64,000 nucleotides of DNA from Oscillospiraceae bacterium (lineage in GTDB: Bacteria; Bacillota; Clostridia; Oscillospirales; Ruminococcaceae), in NCBI GenBank assembly GCA_017461565.1, contig JAFTXQ010000016.1, forward strand, positions 40,178 to 104,177. The letters are read 5' to 3'. Numbering within the stretch: the first letter of the stretch is position 1; the number at the start of each line of letters is the position of its first letter. The position numbers were made by a program, and so were the translations under genes. Under the pieces are notes generated by a model. That model saw nothing but the letters and a program-made list of their open reading frames with translations, did no database searches and had not been told where the DNA came from. Below are positions 25,589 to 36,280 of this stretch, in pieces.

Positions 25589-28576
25589 TCAACTATATAG
25601 CTCAGGGAAAAGCTCTGCCATCCGTGCGTCGGAAATGCTGAAAGTCTTGCGGAGATTATTGGCACATATCGCCCAGCGCTCCTCTACGATCATGCGAAGC
25701 CGCTGTACATTCTTCTGCCAGCCCGAGTAGGATGGGTTGTTCCAGACTGCACAGTGTCGCTGCATCTCGCTATCAACCTGTGCCACCATGTCGTCCAGTA
25801 TCTGAAGCATTCGCTCCTTATCAAACACTGTGTGCATATATTTTGCGTAGGTTTCAATGAAATACTGCTTGTAGTTTTCGTTCTTCAGCATATTTAACGA
25901 TATTGTTGTGTCAAACATATCGCCTGCGCCGTGTCCGTTGGGATCGGTCATCTGCCATACCGAGTTGCCTTCGTAAGTGGTGATGAACAGCGCCCAGTCG
26001 AGATCAAACAGTATCCAGCGCCATTTTCCGTTTCCGCTACGTGAGTTGTAGAAACGAATGTTGCCTGTGTCTGTGTTGCCGATAAAGGTTTCTGTTATCC
26101 AGTAGTTTGTCCATTCCTCAACATCTATCTGTGAAGCCACATAGTCAAAGTGCTCCTGCTTGGAAAGGTCATGGGTCTTGATGTAATTCAGAAGCTCCTT
26201 ATATGCGTCTGACGATCCTGTTTCAACAATATTATTGCCCTTTATGGCATCAAGATCGTTTGCTTCTATACCGCTGTGGTCGTAGATGTAGGACTCGTTT
26301 ATCTTTTCACGGATGTAGTACATTCCGTGGTATTTGCCGTTTATGTACAGCGCAACGGGAACCTCGTCCATAATATCAAGATCCATCTGTCCTTTTACTA
26401 CACGGGCACAGTAGGCGTCAACAAGATTTGTGACCACCCAGTCCTGACCGCCTGTACGCAGCAGCAGATTGTCAAATTCCTTAAGGCCGTCCTCACCGAA
26501 AAATGGGTAGCGTATAGTATCCGAACCGTATGCCTCTTTGGCGTTGATAGACAGTGATTTCATGTCGGCTGCACGGGAATACTGTCCGTGATTTCTCATA
26601 CCTGCGGAAAAGCCCACGCCCAGCTGTCCGTTGGTGTCATAGTATTCAAAGTATACCTCACGCTCCCAGTCCTTCCAGTAGTTAGCGCCGAGGTGCGGAA
26701 ATTCCTCTGTCCAACCCGGTCCATCCGCCCAGATTCCTGTGGAATAGTCGTACAGGTCGTCAGGATCGCAGGTGAGGCAGACAACGTCGAGTTCGTGCGG
26801 CTCATCTACAAGAAATGTCTGTGCGACAGTTTTTGAGGGCAGCAGACCATCAGCATAAACGATAGCACGCACAGATGCCGATTCTGTCAGCTCAATAGGC
26901 GAAGTGTACATCGTGCTTTCGTTTGTCGGCTGGGTGCCGTCAAGCGTGTAATAGATAGCGGCGTTGCGCTGGTCGGTCTCAAGCATCACCAAGTGGCTGT
27001 CAGCGGTAAGCGTCGTGCTTTCTGTCACAAATCTCACGGGTTGTGCGTAAGCAGTAGCAGCGCTGACGATATCGTTTGCTTCGCCCTTAGTAGGGCTTGA
27101 GAAAAAGTAACGCCGAAGCGTCTGACCTTCGATCACACGTCCTGAGGTGACAGAACGCTGCTGATATCCTGTGGAAAAACAATCGGTGACAACTCCGTTG
27201 TTGTCTGAGAGATACAGCGTATCGCCTGTGTGGTCGATCTTAAAGCCTGTGCTCAGCTGTTCGGTATTTACCGAGGCGACATCAGAGGCTGTAACCACAA
27301 GATAGCCATAAGCGGGCACGGTCACAGCGGGGAAGATAAAATCACGCAGGCTGGTCACATCTTTACTGAGTGACCAACCTGCCATATTTATATCAGTGGG
27401 TGTGTTGTTGTACAGCTCTATCCAGTCTTCATCGGGAAGTTCTTTCGTTCTGTCGGAGCTTACTGCGCATACTTCATTTACAAATAGGCGCTCGGTGGCT
27501 CTGGACAGCACATCCTCAAGAGACTCAAAGCTGCTGCCTGTATTGGCTCTTCCGGGTGTAGGGTATGTGAAGAATTTCAGCTGCTTTGTATCGGAAACGT
27601 CCCTGCCGTGGGAAACTGTACCCGGCATAGGGATAAGCTCCACGCTGTCGATCATCACGCCCTTAGGATTTGAAAGGCGGAGCTGGGTATCGTTCTCGCT
27701 CAGCTTGAAATCTGCATGTATGTACGTGGAGTCGGAGGTGTATCCGATGTCGTTGCCCGACAGAATGACGATGAGATATCCGTCAGGCTGGATGGTAACG
27801 GAAGGGAACACCCATTTCAGCGGATCGGCAGGATCATCTGAAAGTCCGTATCCGCCGAGAGCAACAGGAGCGTCCGAAAGGTTGCGAAGCTCCACCCAAT
27901 CATGGCAGTCGCCGTATTCGTCATACATGACACATTCGTTTTTGGTCATCCATTCGTTCAGAACCACACCTACGGTATCATCGTGCATATCGTCAAGTGC
28001 GCCTGCATTGAAGCCTGTGTTCTGCGCTTTGGGTGTAGGCTCCGCCATATATACGGCAGTGCCTGAGCTGTCAACCAGACCGTAAGAGTAGTCGGCGGGA
28101 AGATCGTCAGGGACCGTAACGCTCGTCAGCAGCTCGCCGTCATAAAACAGGCAGACACTTTCTCCTGCGCTTATTTTAAAGCTTGTGTGAAGCTCACCCG
28201 TATCGGTCAGTGTTTCACGACCTGAAGCAAATACGACGATATATTCGTGTGCGGGAATGGTGATATCGGGAATAGAAAACTGATCTGTATTGGTAGAATC
28301 ATCCGAAAGGCAGCAATCCTTGAGATCGATGGGATGATCGGTAGTGTTGTACAGCTCTATCCAGTCCGAATACTCACCGAAGCTGTCTTTGAGCACAGTG
28401 TCATTTGAAGCCATGACCTCGGTTATGAGTATATCGCTTTTACCTATTACATCTTCGGGTGTTGTTATAGAAACATCAGGGACGCTTACCTCCGTCACCT
28501 TGTCACAGGCTGTCTGAGTAACAACGGCAGCCATTGCAAGTGCGATGGATATGCTCCTGTAAAATATCTTTTTCAT
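25589..28576 (-). CDS. CotH-family (atypical kinase fold) lipoprotein with three lamin-tail domains and a chitobiase/Fn3-like domain
   Basis: The signal and lipobox are MKKIFYRSISIALAMAAVVTQTAC. Three LTD repeats are present (ITEVMASN..YSDWIELYN, LNEWMTKN..CHDWVELRN, VNEVCAVS..DEDWIELYN). IYYTLDGTQPT marks the next domain. The CotH region is LSINAKEAYG...LLLRTGGQDW...YINGKYHGMYYIREK...WRWILFDLDWA. The start at 28576 follows GGAGG. Confidence 0.8.
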   Translation of the reverse strand: MKKIFYRSISIALAMAAVVTQTACDKVTEVSVPDVSITTPEDVIGKSDILITEVMASNDTVLKDSFGEYSDWIELYNTTDHPIDLKDCCLSDDSTNTDQFSIPDITIPAHEYIVVFASGRETLTDTGELHTSFKISAGESVCLFYDGELLTSVTVPDDLPADYSYGLVDSSGTAVYMAEPTPKAQNTGFNAGALDDMHDDTVGVVLNEWMTKNECVMYDEYGDCHDWVELRNLSDAPVALGGYGLSDDPADPLKWVFPSVTIQPDGYLIVILSGNDIGYTSDSTYIHADFKLSENDTQLRLSNPKGVMIDSVELIPMPGTVSHGRDVSDTKQLKFFTYPTPGRANTGSSFESLEDVLSRATERLFVNEVCAVSSDRTKELPDEDWIELYNNTPTDINMAGWSLSKDVTSLRDFIFPAVTVPAYGYLVVTASDVASVNTEQLSTGFKIDHTGDTLYLSDNNGVVTDCFSTGYQQRSVTSGRVIEGQTLRRYFFSSPTKGEANDIVSAATAYAQPVRFVTESTTLTADSHLVMLETDQRNAAIYYTLDGTQPTNESTMYTSPIELTESASVRAIVYADGLLPSKTVAQTFLVDEPHELDVVCLTCDPDDLYDYSTGIWADGPGWTEEFPHLGANYWKDWEREVYFEYYDTNGQLGVGFSAGMRNHGQYSRAADMKSLSINAKEAYGSDTIRYPFFGEDGLKEFDNLLLRTGGQDWVVTNLVDAYCARVVKGQMDLDIMDEVPVALYINGKYHGMYYIREKINESYIYDHSGIEANDLDAIKGNNIVETGSSDAYKELLNYIKTHDLSKQEHFDYVASQIDVEEWTNYWITETFIGNTDTGNIRFYNSRSGNGKWRWILFDLDWALFITTYEGNSVWQMTDPNGHGAGDMFDTTISLNMLKNENYKQYFIETYAKYMHTVFDKERMLQILDDMVAQVDSEMQRHCAVWNNPSYSGWQKNVQRLRMIVEERWAICANNLRKTFSISDARMAELFPELYS

Positions 28577-28824
28577 TTTTGCCTCCATTGGTGATACATA
28601 CTCGGGAACTGCGACAAATTCCGACATTTTGTTCACAAAACTTATTGTATCACAATAATATCAGTTTGGCAATAGATAATTGCGTTTTTTTGTTTTTTTC
28701 ATAAAAATTACAGAAAAAGTCCGGAAAAGGGTCATATTGATGATTTGTGATACGACATAACACGGATCGCACAGCAGGCGGTTCCTGAAAGAATCCGGAA
28801 ACCGCCCTGCACATATATTATGGA

Positions 28825-30735
28825 TCAAATATGAAACTGCTTTACCTCGTCCTTAAGCTCAAGCGCCTGTGCGTTAAGCTCCTGACAGGACGCAGCTATC
28901 TCCTGTGCCGCAGCGCTGTTGTGCTGCACAACGTCAGAGATTTCCCCAAGTCCGTCTGTGATCTGTCCGATAGCTGTGGACTGGTTATCCGCAGCTGCGG
29001 ATATATCGTCTACCATCTTCTTTGTTTCGCCGAATATCTCTACCACACGCTCAAGCGACTTAGCGTTCTTGTCGGCGATCTTTCTGCCCTCTTCAACAGC
29101 CTGTGTTGAGGCGTTGATGAGTGCCACCGTGTCATTGACAGACTCCGCAGATTTAGCCGCAAGATTACGGACCTCGTCGGCAACCACTGCAAATCCCTTT
29201 CCTGCCGCACCCGCTCTTGCAGACTCGATTGCTGCATTGAGTGCAAGTATATTGGTCTGGAATGCGATATCGTTGATGGTTTTGATGATGACCTCGATCT
29301 TTTCGGATGTGTCGGCGATCTTCGCCATTGCCTCTACCATCTGCTCCATGTGATCGTGCTGCTCGGCAAGCACATCAGATGCGTTGTCTGCAAGCGTGCG
29401 TGCATTTCTCGCATTTTCTGCGGTACCACGGACAGTGTCAGATATATCGTTAAGGGTAGCTGACAGCTGTTCGATAGCGGCTGCCTGTCTTGATGCGCCG
29501 TCAGCCAGCGCATTTGAGCCCTCGGCAGATTGACTGGAGCCATTATATACACTATCCGATGTACGGAAGATACTGTCTATGATACTGCGCATCTGCTCAC
29601 TGATATGCTCTGCCGAGCTGCTGAGCTCCACAAAATCGCCCACATAATCCACTTCGGGATGGGCGGTAAAATCTCCGTCTGCCATCATTTGCATAACACG
29701 GGAGATATCGCTTATGTACATGGAAAGGCTGTCTCTCATGTTGTCAACGGAGGTGAGCAGCTGTCCGACCTCATCCTTTGTTCTGCTGACATTCTCGGGA
29801 ACATAGCTGAAGTTTCCGTTTGCTATCTCCTCGGTCATTCTGCCTATCTGCTTAACAGGCGCAAGTATCTTCTTCCTGATAATGATGCTGCACAGCATAG
29901 AGGCTGCTATGCAGGCAATCACTCCTGCTGCGCCTCCTGCAACGATCATCATTATGATCTTATCGGAAAGTGCGGATTTTACGGTAGATGTATCGTATCC
30001 TCCGAAATAAGCTCCTATAACATTGCTGTTGAGATCATAAAGCGGCTCGTAGCAAACGTTATATACTACGCCGTTGATAGTAGCCTCGCCATTGTAGGCG
30101 TTACCGCTGAGTACCTGCTCGGCGATTGCGGCATCCATCTTTGTGCCCTCAAAACGCTCGCCGTTGTCGTCGATGATGGTGGTAGCGTATCTCACATCAT
30201 CCTTGAACACTGTAAAATGCCCGCCGGTTTTCTCTCTTATGGGATCTAGATATTCGTATGCCCTGAGATCATATCCCACGAGATATGAACCAACTCCGTT
30301 TATCTCCTTGGCATAGCTGTAATACATACGCTGTGAGTCAGCACTGATCCCGTTTGCGGAAGTTGATACTGTCAGCTCCTCGGGACAGTTTTCGGTCTGC
30401 CATATCAAAGAGCCATCCGCACTATAAAAAGCACCAAATGAGCTTGCATCTGATGCATAGCTGTCATATATCGTTTTTACGTCGTCGGCATTCTTGGCGC
30501 TTAGCGCTGACTCAAGCAGGGGATCTTCTCCGATGATCCCAAAGAGATAGTCAGCCTCGACATCGAGCTCGCTGTAATCGCTCTGCATTATCGACACATA
30601 CGAGGTTGACTGCTCGTCCAGAATGTCGTTGCTGAGTGCAATAAGTGACTGCGCCGCAAGCATGATAACTAATGACACTACTGCAATAACAGTGACGAGG
30701 ATAATGACCAATATGTTCGTTCCTATTTTTGACAT
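28825..30735 (-). CDS. methyl-accepting chemotaxis protein (N-terminal TM, Cache-like periplasmic sensor, HAMP, MA signalling domain)
   Basis: The highly conserved MCP hairpin is [44 protein letters not shown]. Two TM segments flank a ~250-aa extracellular domain. Confidence 0.9.
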   Translation of the reverse strand: MSKIGTNILVIILVTVIAVVSLVIMLAAQSLIALSNDILDEQSTSYVSIMQSDYSELDVEADYLFGIIGEDPLLESALSAKNADDVKTIYDSYASDASSFGAFYSADGSLIWQTENCPEELTVSTSANGISADSQRMYYSYAKEINGVGSYLVGYDLRAYEYLDPIREKTGGHFTVFKDDVRYATTIIDDNGERFEGTKMDAAIAEQVLSGNAYNGEATINGVVYNVCYEPLYDLNSNVIGAYFGGYDTSTVKSALSDKIIMMIVAGGAAGVIACIAASMLCSIIIRKKILAPVKQIGRMTEEIANGNFSYVPENVSRTKDEVGQLLTSVDNMRDSLSMYISDISRVMQMMADGDFTAHPEVDYVGDFVELSSSAEHISEQMRSIIDSIFRTSDSVYNGSSQSAEGSNALADGASRQAAAIEQLSATLNDISDTVRGTAENARNARTLADNASDVLAEQHDHMEQMVEAMAKIADTSEKIEVIIKTINDIAFQTNILALNAAIESARAGAAGKGFAVVADEVRNLAAKSAESVNDTVALINASTQAVEEGRKIADKNAKSLERVVEIFGETKKMVDDISAAADNQSTAIGQITDGLGEISDVVQHNSAAAQEIAASCQELNAQALELKDEVKQFHI

Positions 30736-30793
30736 TTTCTGCTCCTTTCAAGTCACCGAGTGATTTAGCGTGCTAACCTGCTACTATAATGCA

Positions 30794-30822
30794 ATCATAT
30801 CACGTTGATAACATTTTGTCAA
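30794..30822 (-). promoter_or_regulatory. sigma-A type promoter of the chemoreceptor gene
   Basis: Minus strand: TTGACA (30822-30817), 17 nt, TATGAT (30799-30794). Confidence 0.55.
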
Positions 30823-31079
30823 GAGCCTGCTGTCACATCCTTATTATGTCGGATAAGCAGGCAAAGCGCATTGTTAAGCGGCTTTTCGACACTTTGCAGG
30901 TGTGTGTCAAAAATAAGGCTTGTTTTTTGTTGGTTTTTACAGCATTTAATTATAATAAAACCGCTCTTCAAGCCGTATAAGGCATGACGAGCGGCATAGG
31001 ATATGCGATCTCTTGTTGCGTAAGTGTGCAGATCGTTTTTGGGAACATTAAAGCTCATTGCGATGATTCTTCTGGGATA

Positions 31080-31760
31080 TCATACGGATTTGAGTTGCTG
31101 TGAACTTCTTGCATCTCTCATATAAAAGGTCTTTCCGTGGCCGGGCAGTATTAACGTAGCATCGCTTATACTGTTGAGATAAGGAAGTGTGATCGTTTTG
31201 TATTCTTTTTCACTTCCACCGACAAAACGGGTTATTACGGGCTCGTTCAGTATAAGAGAGTCGCCCGTAGCAACCGTATCGTCATCCAGTTCTATGCAGC
31301 AGCTGCCTTTGGAGTGTCCCGCACAGGATATCATGCGGATGTTATGTCCGTTCCATACTAATTTATACTCGTCGGAAAAGGTTATGTCGGCATTGTAGCG
31401 GTAACCCTGCGGCAGGGTGCGCATGACAGCCTTTAGTTCTTCTGGGGAGTATTTGTTCATCCTGCTTGCCGCAACCACTAAAGGACGGCTGTTTTTTCCG
31501 TTTTTAAGTGATACGGCAGTTTGTTCATGACATATAACAGTGCTTTTAAAAATGCTGCACAGCCATGTAAGCCCCGATGTGTGATCGTAATGCTCGTGAG
31601 TCAGTAGAACAGTCACGTGTTTTACGTTGGCTTTTTCCAGCTGCGAGAGTGCATCTGTACAAACGTGAGGGTCTATCACCAGCGCTTCTTCGTTTTCTGT
31701 CAGTATATACATATTGCTGCCTGCATGGTCAAATATGTATTGCGTTATACTGCTGTGCAT
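31080..31760 (-). CDS. MBL-fold metallo-hydrolase (glyoxalase-II-like; possible thioesterase)
   Basis: 226 aa with the HxHxDH motif LLTHEHYDHTSG and a downstream CAGHSKG. It is the last gene of the minus-strand operon. Confidence 0.8.
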   Translation of the reverse strand: MHSSITQYIFDHAGSNMYILTENEEALVIDPHVCTDALSQLEKANVKHVTVLLTHEHYDHTSGLTWLCSIFKSTVICHEQTAVSLKNGKNSRPLVVAASRMNKYSPEELKAVMRTLPQGYRYNADITFSDEYKLVWNGHNIRMISCAGHSKGSCCIELDDDTVATGDSLILNEPVITRFVGGSEKEYKTITLPYLNSISDATLILPGHGKTFYMRDARSSQQLKSV

Positions 31761-31792
31761 CGATACCCTCCTTTATGCGGAGCTTTGTAATT

Positions 31793-32515
31793 TTATAGAA
31801 TGTTATGCTTGACAAAGGTATGCGCTATATCCTCGATAACATAACCGTTTCTGATCAGATTTCTTATCTGCGCCGGATTGTTGGTGGAAACGTGAGTACT
31901 TACAGATATTCCGCCTCTGGCTTTTACCGCTTCGGGAACCTTTACCACTGTACCTATCCCGCCTTTTCTATACTCTGGATAGATACCTCCCAGAAAGGAT
32001 GTGTATTTTTTTTCTTCGCTTTCTCGGATCGCAAAGAAACCTATCGTATTGTTCTTGTATATGTATTTTATGAATTCTGCGCCCTTTCGGAACTCATCAT
32101 CGATCCAGTTTATATATCTTTTCGCCGCAGAGGCATGGTCAAAAAAAGGGTCGATGTAAACTCTGTCCTTGTCAAACAGCCCGTCTGCTATCTTTTGCTT
32201 TAATAATGCCATATCGCTTTGGTCCATCAATGCGATATCTACCGCATCATACAGACGCTGTTCTATCGGCGAACGTCTGACTTCACTGAGATAGCTTACA
32301 AATTTCACGGAGTCTTCCACATAAGTGTAGCCGCAGCGCTGAATATCGAAAAGGAGATCCGTGCGCTCCGCAGGCACCTTTATTACGCAGTATTCTTTCC
32401 GGATGTCAGACAGTACGGAGCTTACATAGTCTGCGGTATCGCCGCTTTCGATGGTGATCTCACAGGCTTCTACGCCAAGATTGCGCTTTTCCCATACAGC
32501 ATCGACTATTAACAT
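31793..32515 (-). CDS. WecD/RffC-like GNAT N-acyltransferase (dTDP-4-amino-4,6-dideoxygalactose acyltransferase family)
   Basis: Blocks parallel E. coli WecD as I recall it. DAVWEKRNLGVEACEI matches EPLTWENAFFGVNSAIV. RVYIDPFF..AAKRYINWIDDEFRKG matches RF.APWY..SGRFYAQWIENAVRG. GFFAIRE matches GYVSLRE, and NNPAQIRNLIRNGY matches NTAALKRYIQSGA. The GNAT P-loop-like segment is YRKGGIG. Confidence 0.6.
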   Translation of the reverse strand: MLIVDAVWEKRNLGVEACEITIESGDTADYVSSVLSDIRKEYCVIKVPAERTDLLFDIQRCGYTYVEDSVKFVSYLSEVRRSPIEQRLYDAVDIALMDQSDMALLKQKIADGLFDKDRVYIDPFFDHASAAKRYINWIDDEFRKGAEFIKYIYKNNTIGFFAIRESEEKKYTSFLGGIYPEYRKGGIGTVVKVPEAVKARGGISVSTHVSTNNPAQIRNLIRNGYVIEDIAHTFVKHNIL

Positions 32516-32521
32516 ATAATA

Positions 32522-33493
32522 TCACCTCCGTAAATTTGCCAGAACATCTGAGGCTATCTGCTCGGGAGAAAGACCCTGAGTGGTTTCGGTATATTGAACG
32601 CTTCCCGGCATTGGGTAACTGTCGTCTACGCCTATCATTATGTGCAGAGGTCTTGTCAGTTGTCCGCAGTAGTATTCGGCGACTGCGCTTCCAAGTCCTC
32701 CGTGCAGCAGGTGCTCATCTATGGTGGCTATGATCCTGTATCCTCTCAGAGAATCAAGCAGGCTCTTGTCGACAGGGGAAATTGTGTGCATATTTATTAC
32801 GGCAGTTGAAACTCCGTTTTGTTCCAGTACTTCAGCTGCTTTCAGGGCGTTGGCAACTACGCTTCCGCATGAGATAAGCGCAGCGTCGCTTCCGTTTTTT
32901 AGCACGACAGCTTTACCCGGTTCAAATGTGTTATCAGGCTCCTTGTATATTATAGGGAGAGTTTGACCGCCGGTGAGCCTTATATACACAGGACCGTTGA
33001 TGTCGAGAGCTGCGTTGACAGCTTTGTATATTTCTGTTCCGTCGCAAGGTGAGATTATCGTGATACCAGGAATGGCGCGCATGATCGCAATGTCGGGAGG
33101 GTTTGCATGAGAATAACCGAATCTGGATTGCGTAAATCCGCTGTCCATTCCTATGAGCTTTATGTTTGACTGCATATAACCCATAAAATTCCGTATCTGA
33201 TCGGCAGCTCTTACAGCGGCAAACATTGCCCATGATGTGGCGATCACAGGAGTTCCGTCACGTGAAAGTCCTGCGGCGATGCCGATCATATTCTGTTCGG
33301 CTATGCCGACATTGAGATAAGCGTCGGGAAATTCCTTGATGACACGTCCGAAGCCCGAAGCATAAGCAAGATCGGCAGATACCACATACATTTCACGGCC
33401 GTCTTTAAGGCTATCATATACGGCTTGTCCCAGAGCGCCTCTGGCTCCCATACGGGAAAGGAATCTTGCATTTTTAGAGTTCATTTCCAACAA
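32522..33493 (-). CDS. transketolase-family C-terminal subunit (pyrimidine-binding plus C-terminal domains), copy 2
   Basis: It contains FLSRMGARGALGQA...NVGIAEQNMIGIAAGLSRDG and a later GGLGSAVAEY. The start may be the ATG at 33484. It overlaps the preceding gene. Confidence 0.85.
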   Translation of the reverse strand: MLEMNSKNARFLSRMGARGALGQAVYDSLKDGREMYVVSADLAYASGFGRVIKEFPDAYLNVGIAEQNMIGIAAGLSRDGTPVIATSWAMFAAVRAADQIRNFMGYMQSNIKLIGMDSGFTQSRFGYSHANPPDIAIMRAIPGITIISPCDGTEIYKAVNAALDINGPVYIRLTGGQTLPIIYKEPDNTFEPGKAVVLKNGSDAALISCGSVVANALKAAEVLEQNGVSTAVINMHTISPVDKSLLDSLRGYRIIATIDEHLLHGGLGSAVAEYYCGQLTRPLHIMIGVDDSYPMPGSVQYTETTQGLSPEQIASDVLANLRR

Positions 33494-34313
33494 GTCTGCT
33501 CACTTCCTCTCCGGCTTTTTCAAGTTCAGTTCCTTTAAGCGATCTGTCGTGCCATGTGAAGTCGTTTTCAAAAAATGACACGCCCTTGCCCTTGATGGTA
33601 TTGGCTATTATGGCTTTAGGCATACCCTTTTCATTGGAACATGCAAGGGCTTCCGTCAGCTGCTTGCAGCAGTGACCGTCAACTGATATGGTATTCCAGC
33701 CGAAGCTGCAAAGGCGGTCTTTCATTGAGCCGCCTCCTACGATCTCGGAGGTGGGACCATCCGACTGAAGACCGTTGGAATCTATTATCAATGTAAGATT
33801 ATCAAGTCTGTGCTGAGACGCAAACATGAGCGCTTCCCATATCGAGCCTTCGTTCATTTCGCCGTCTCCGACCAGAACATATACTTTATATGGGTAGTTT
33901 TTCCGTTTTGCCGCCAGTGCAAGCCCAGCTCCGTATGACAACCCCAACCCCAGGCTTCCGCCTGAGGTTTCAAAGCCCAATGAGCGATCTGCCTCAAGCA
34001 ATTCCGAGATGATACTGCCATCCTGCTGATATGTTTCAAGCAGCTCATCTGATAACAGGCCCGACAAATTCATTGCTGAATATACAGCCATTGCGGCATG
34101 TCCCTTCGAAAGAAGGAATTTATCCTTATGCATATCGTCAAGTCCTTTATCCTTGACATTGAGAACAGCGCAATACAGTGTCGCCAGTATTTCGGCGCAC
34201 GAAAAAGAGCCGCCCCAATGCATGGGGCCGCTGCTGATCTCTGACATTTCAAGCATTTTTTTTCGCATACTGTTTGCGAACTCATGGCAGATCTGAGCCT
34301 GATCCTTTATCAT
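33474..34313 (-). CDS. transketolase-family N-terminal (ThDP-binding) subunit, copy 2
   Basis: It contains HWGGSFSCAEILATLY...LSKGHAA...VLVGDGEMNEGSIWEALMFASQHRLDNLTLIIDSN, the GDG..N ThDP motif. I prefer the ATG at 34313. Confidence 0.85.
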   Translation of the reverse strand: MIKDQAQICHEFANSMRKKMLEMSEISSGPMHWGGSFSCAEILATLYCAVLNVKDKGLDDMHKDKFLLSKGHAAMAVYSAMNLSGLLSDELLETYQQDGSIISELLEADRSLGFETSGGSLGLGLSYGAGLALAAKRKNYPYKVYVLVGDGEMNEGSIWEALMFASQHRLDNLTLIIDSNGLQSDGPTSEIVGGGSMKDRLCSFGWNTISVDGHCCKQLTEALACSNEKGMPKAIIANTIKGKGVSFFENDFTWHDRSLKGTELEKAGEEVSRLVGNEL

Positions 34314-34328
34314 ATACACACCACCCAA

Positions 34329-35069
34329 TCAGTTTATTCTGCTGTCGATCCTGAAATTCTGACCTGTTATGCATCCTGAGCGTTCCGATGCAAGAAACAG
34401 GATCGTTTCAGCAACCTCGTCGGGTTCTATTTTTCGTTTTACTATATTTGCTGCCATTACATGATCCATTGTCTTTTCGCTGATCATATTGCCCATGTCG
34501 GTGTCCACCGGACCGGGACAGACAGTGTTGACCCTTATGTTAAAGCTGCCGTATTCTGTTGCTAGGCGTTTTGCAGCGCAAAGCACTGCCGCCTTGCTGG
34601 AGCAGTATTCTACATTGCTTCCTGCGTCAAACGCTGCGGACGAAGACACAAATATGATATTGCCGCTGTTGTGTTTTATCATATTTTTTGAAATAAGCTG
34701 TGTAAGTAGCAGCGGAGAAAACAGATTGATCTGAAATACATCCTTTATCCTGCTTATAGGAGTCATGTTGAGCACGCTTTCGGGATACATTACACCTGCG
34801 TTATTTATCAGCAGCGATATCGGGACTTTATGTGACAGTATTTTTTTTGCGCAAGCAGTCACTGAAGCCTCATCGGAAAGATCGCAGCACACGGGTATGA
34901 TCTCTGTGCCGTGCTTTTCGGCGTGTACGATGATATCGGCAAGGGTATCTGAATTACGGACGATGGCAAATATGTTAGCGCCGTTTTCTGTCAGCTTTTC
35001 GGTTACTGCTCTTCCAATGCCTCTGTTGGCACCCGTGACTACCGCATATTTTCCTTCAAATTCTCTCAT
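34329..35069 (-). CDS. short-chain dehydrogenase/reductase (FabG-like ketoreductase), copy 2
   Basis: VVTGANRGIGRA (TGxxxGIG), NNAG and the YCSSKAA catalytic YxxxK are present. Confidence 0.88.
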   Translation of the reverse strand: MREFEGKYAVVTGANRGIGRAVTEKLTENGANIFAIVRNSDTLADIIVHAEKHGTEIIPVCCDLSDEASVTACAKKILSHKVPISLLINNAGVMYPESVLNMTPISRIKDVFQINLFSPLLLTQLISKNMIKHNSGNIIFVSSSAAFDAGSNVEYCSSKAAVLCAAKRLATEYGSFNIRVNTVCPGPVDTDMGNMISEKTMDHVMAANIVKRKIEPDEVAETILFLASERSGCITGQNFRIDSRIN

Positions 35070-35071
35070 TC

Positions 35072-36280
35072 TCAGTAGCTCCCTGTATAAACAAATCTTG
35101 TCATAGCCTCTATCATCTTATATCCATCCCAGATAAACTCCAGTCCCATTGTCTGACCGAGAGGGACTATTCTGTCTACCCCTCTGACACCGTTGTCAAA
35201 GACGAGTTTTTTGATGTCGTCCTTATCGATGCCCAATACGGATATTGTCTGACATTGCTTTGTCAGCACAGGGGCGATCTCACTGATGTCTGAGGCGGTA
35301 TATTCGAAGAAATATCCACCGCTGTTTTTATAGTTCATCAGATCGGCGGACAGTCCGCTGACCTCTGCACGCATAACGTAGTTGTCGTCTGAGATCAGTT
35401 TTATATTGCCGTATTTCATTCCGAGCGCACAGAAGGACGTGTACTTATCTATTGCCTGTATAGGCTTCATGTCGTATTGCTCCTTTACGAGCTTTCCGAG
35501 GGCGCTCCAGAAGCGCTGCTTGGCCTCGTTGACACTGCCGCCTGTCCATACCACAAGGCGTGGGGAACTGCAGGCGTTCTGATCGGTATAGTATGTATCG
35601 GTGTAAAAATCCTTTGCGGTCTTATCTGCGTCGCAGTTCATATATTCGTCGGAATTTATTATCGCAAGCGAGTGGCGGTCGGCAAATGTCATTTCTATTG
35701 CACGAGGCGGCAATGACGCTTTGCGTATCTCACTGATCGTTCTGTCGCCTCCCCAGATTATTCTTATATCGCAGATAGAGGACAGCTGCTGCGTTATTTC
35801 CGCACTGTGGCTGTATCTTAATATGCAAAGGTAAGGCTTCATACAACTGTGTTCGCCGTTCAGCAGTTCATTTATGGCGTCGCATATTATATCCACCTGC
35901 GGGAACTTTTTATCCGATACACGGATGAGCGTGCAGTTTCCGGCAAGAAGCGACGAGGTCATGGATACCGCAAAATTTACAGGCACGTTGGACGGAGCAA
36001 TATGGAATGCCACGCCTCGGCCAATACGTTCATTTTTATCGGTGTGCTTCTGTTTTACATTTTCGAGAGAAGCTTTTCTTATCCAATACGCATAGGAGGT
36101 GATATCTGCGTATTCGTGTGAGCGTTTGTCTCTGATGATCGCTGTTGAAAGAGCCGCCAGAAATCCCACGGCTTTGTCCGAAAACATTCTTAGTGCAGGT
36201 GTTTCCTGCATTTTTTCGATGGTGCCGCAATCGCCTACAAGAAAGTCCATATTATTTGAATTTATCTGCATAGGTATCAC
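35072..36280 (-). CDS. LuxC-family acyl-CoA/acyl-protein reductase (aldehyde-forming), copy 1
   Basis: GVAFHIAPSNVPVNFAVSMTSSLLAGNCTLIRVS, ..IWGGDRTI.. and DQNACSSPRLVVW match the LuxC family pattern. It pairs with a LuxE-like gene. Confidence 0.75.
   Translation of the reverse strand: MIPMQINSNNMDFLVGDCGTIEKMQETPALRMFSDKAVGFLAALSTAIIRDKRSHEYADITSYAYWIRKASLENVKQKHTDKNERIGRGVAFHIAPSNVPVNFAVSMTSSLLAGNCTLIRVSDKKFPQVDIICDAINELLNGEHSCMKPYLCILRYSHSAEITQQLSSICDIRIIWGGDRTISEIRKASLPPRAIEMTFADRHSLAIINSDEYMNCDADKTAKDFYTDTYYTDQNACSSPRLVVWTGGSVNEAKQRFWSALGKLVKEQYDMKPIQAIDKYTSFCALGMKYGNIKLISDDNYVMRAEVSGLSADLMNYKNSGGYFFEYTASDISEIAPVLTKQCQTISVLGIDKDDIKKLVFDNGVRGVDRIVPLGQTMGLEFIWDGYKMIEAMTRFVYTGSY

Noticed and set aside
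28780-28815. The hairpin GGCGGTTCC...GGAAACCGCC downstream of the chemoreceptor gene could be a terminator.
   Set aside because: No U-tract follows it on the minus strand, so it is too weak to list as a feature.
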